NCBI GenBank assembly: GCA_964016885.1
Contig: OZ024740.1
Location: 200,136,001 to 200,200,000 of the forward strand
From: Eledone cirrhosa
Lineage: Eukaryota
Reading direction: 5' to 3'
DNA: 64,000 nucleotides
Every line of letters begins with the position of its first letter. The first letter of the stretch is position 1. Below the pieces are notes generated by a model that was given only the letters and a program-made list of their open reading frames with translations, was not told the origin of the DNA and did not search any database. The translations under genes were made by a program, and so were the position numbers. This document shows, piece after piece, positions 63,911 to 64,000 of the stretch.

Positions 63911-64000
63911 CGAAGGAATTGTGGTAAGGAACCAGGTGGACCATAACGCACCAAAGTACTCAATACTTGGGGTAGTAGAGTGGGTAATAGGAACCAGTAA

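Overview
AT-rich eukaryotic intergenic/intronic DNA. The tRNA-derived SINEs, very long (TA)n tracts and LINE/PLE content look like an octopod cephalopod, which is an inference. I recognise no host gene. The poly-YI ORFs are microsatellite artefacts. Protein-coding remnants are all retroelements: an uninterrupted 5'-truncated CR1-group RT, two R4/Dong-like fragments, several Naiad-like Penelope (RT + GIY-YIG) pieces including one near-complete frameshifted copy, and one other Penelope RT remnant. The main signal, found by manual folding, is about 21 type I hammerhead ribozyme (HHR) copies in about 9 sequence families. Many lie in non-coding tandem or fold-back units inserted into (TA)n: a 3.4 x 595-bp retrozyme-like array, 523/557-bp units with clear covariation, and a ~1-kb fold-back. 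Several have non-canonical cores (U3:A8, U4C) and a shared candidate pseudoknot between the 5' flank and helix II. All folds are by eye and untested.
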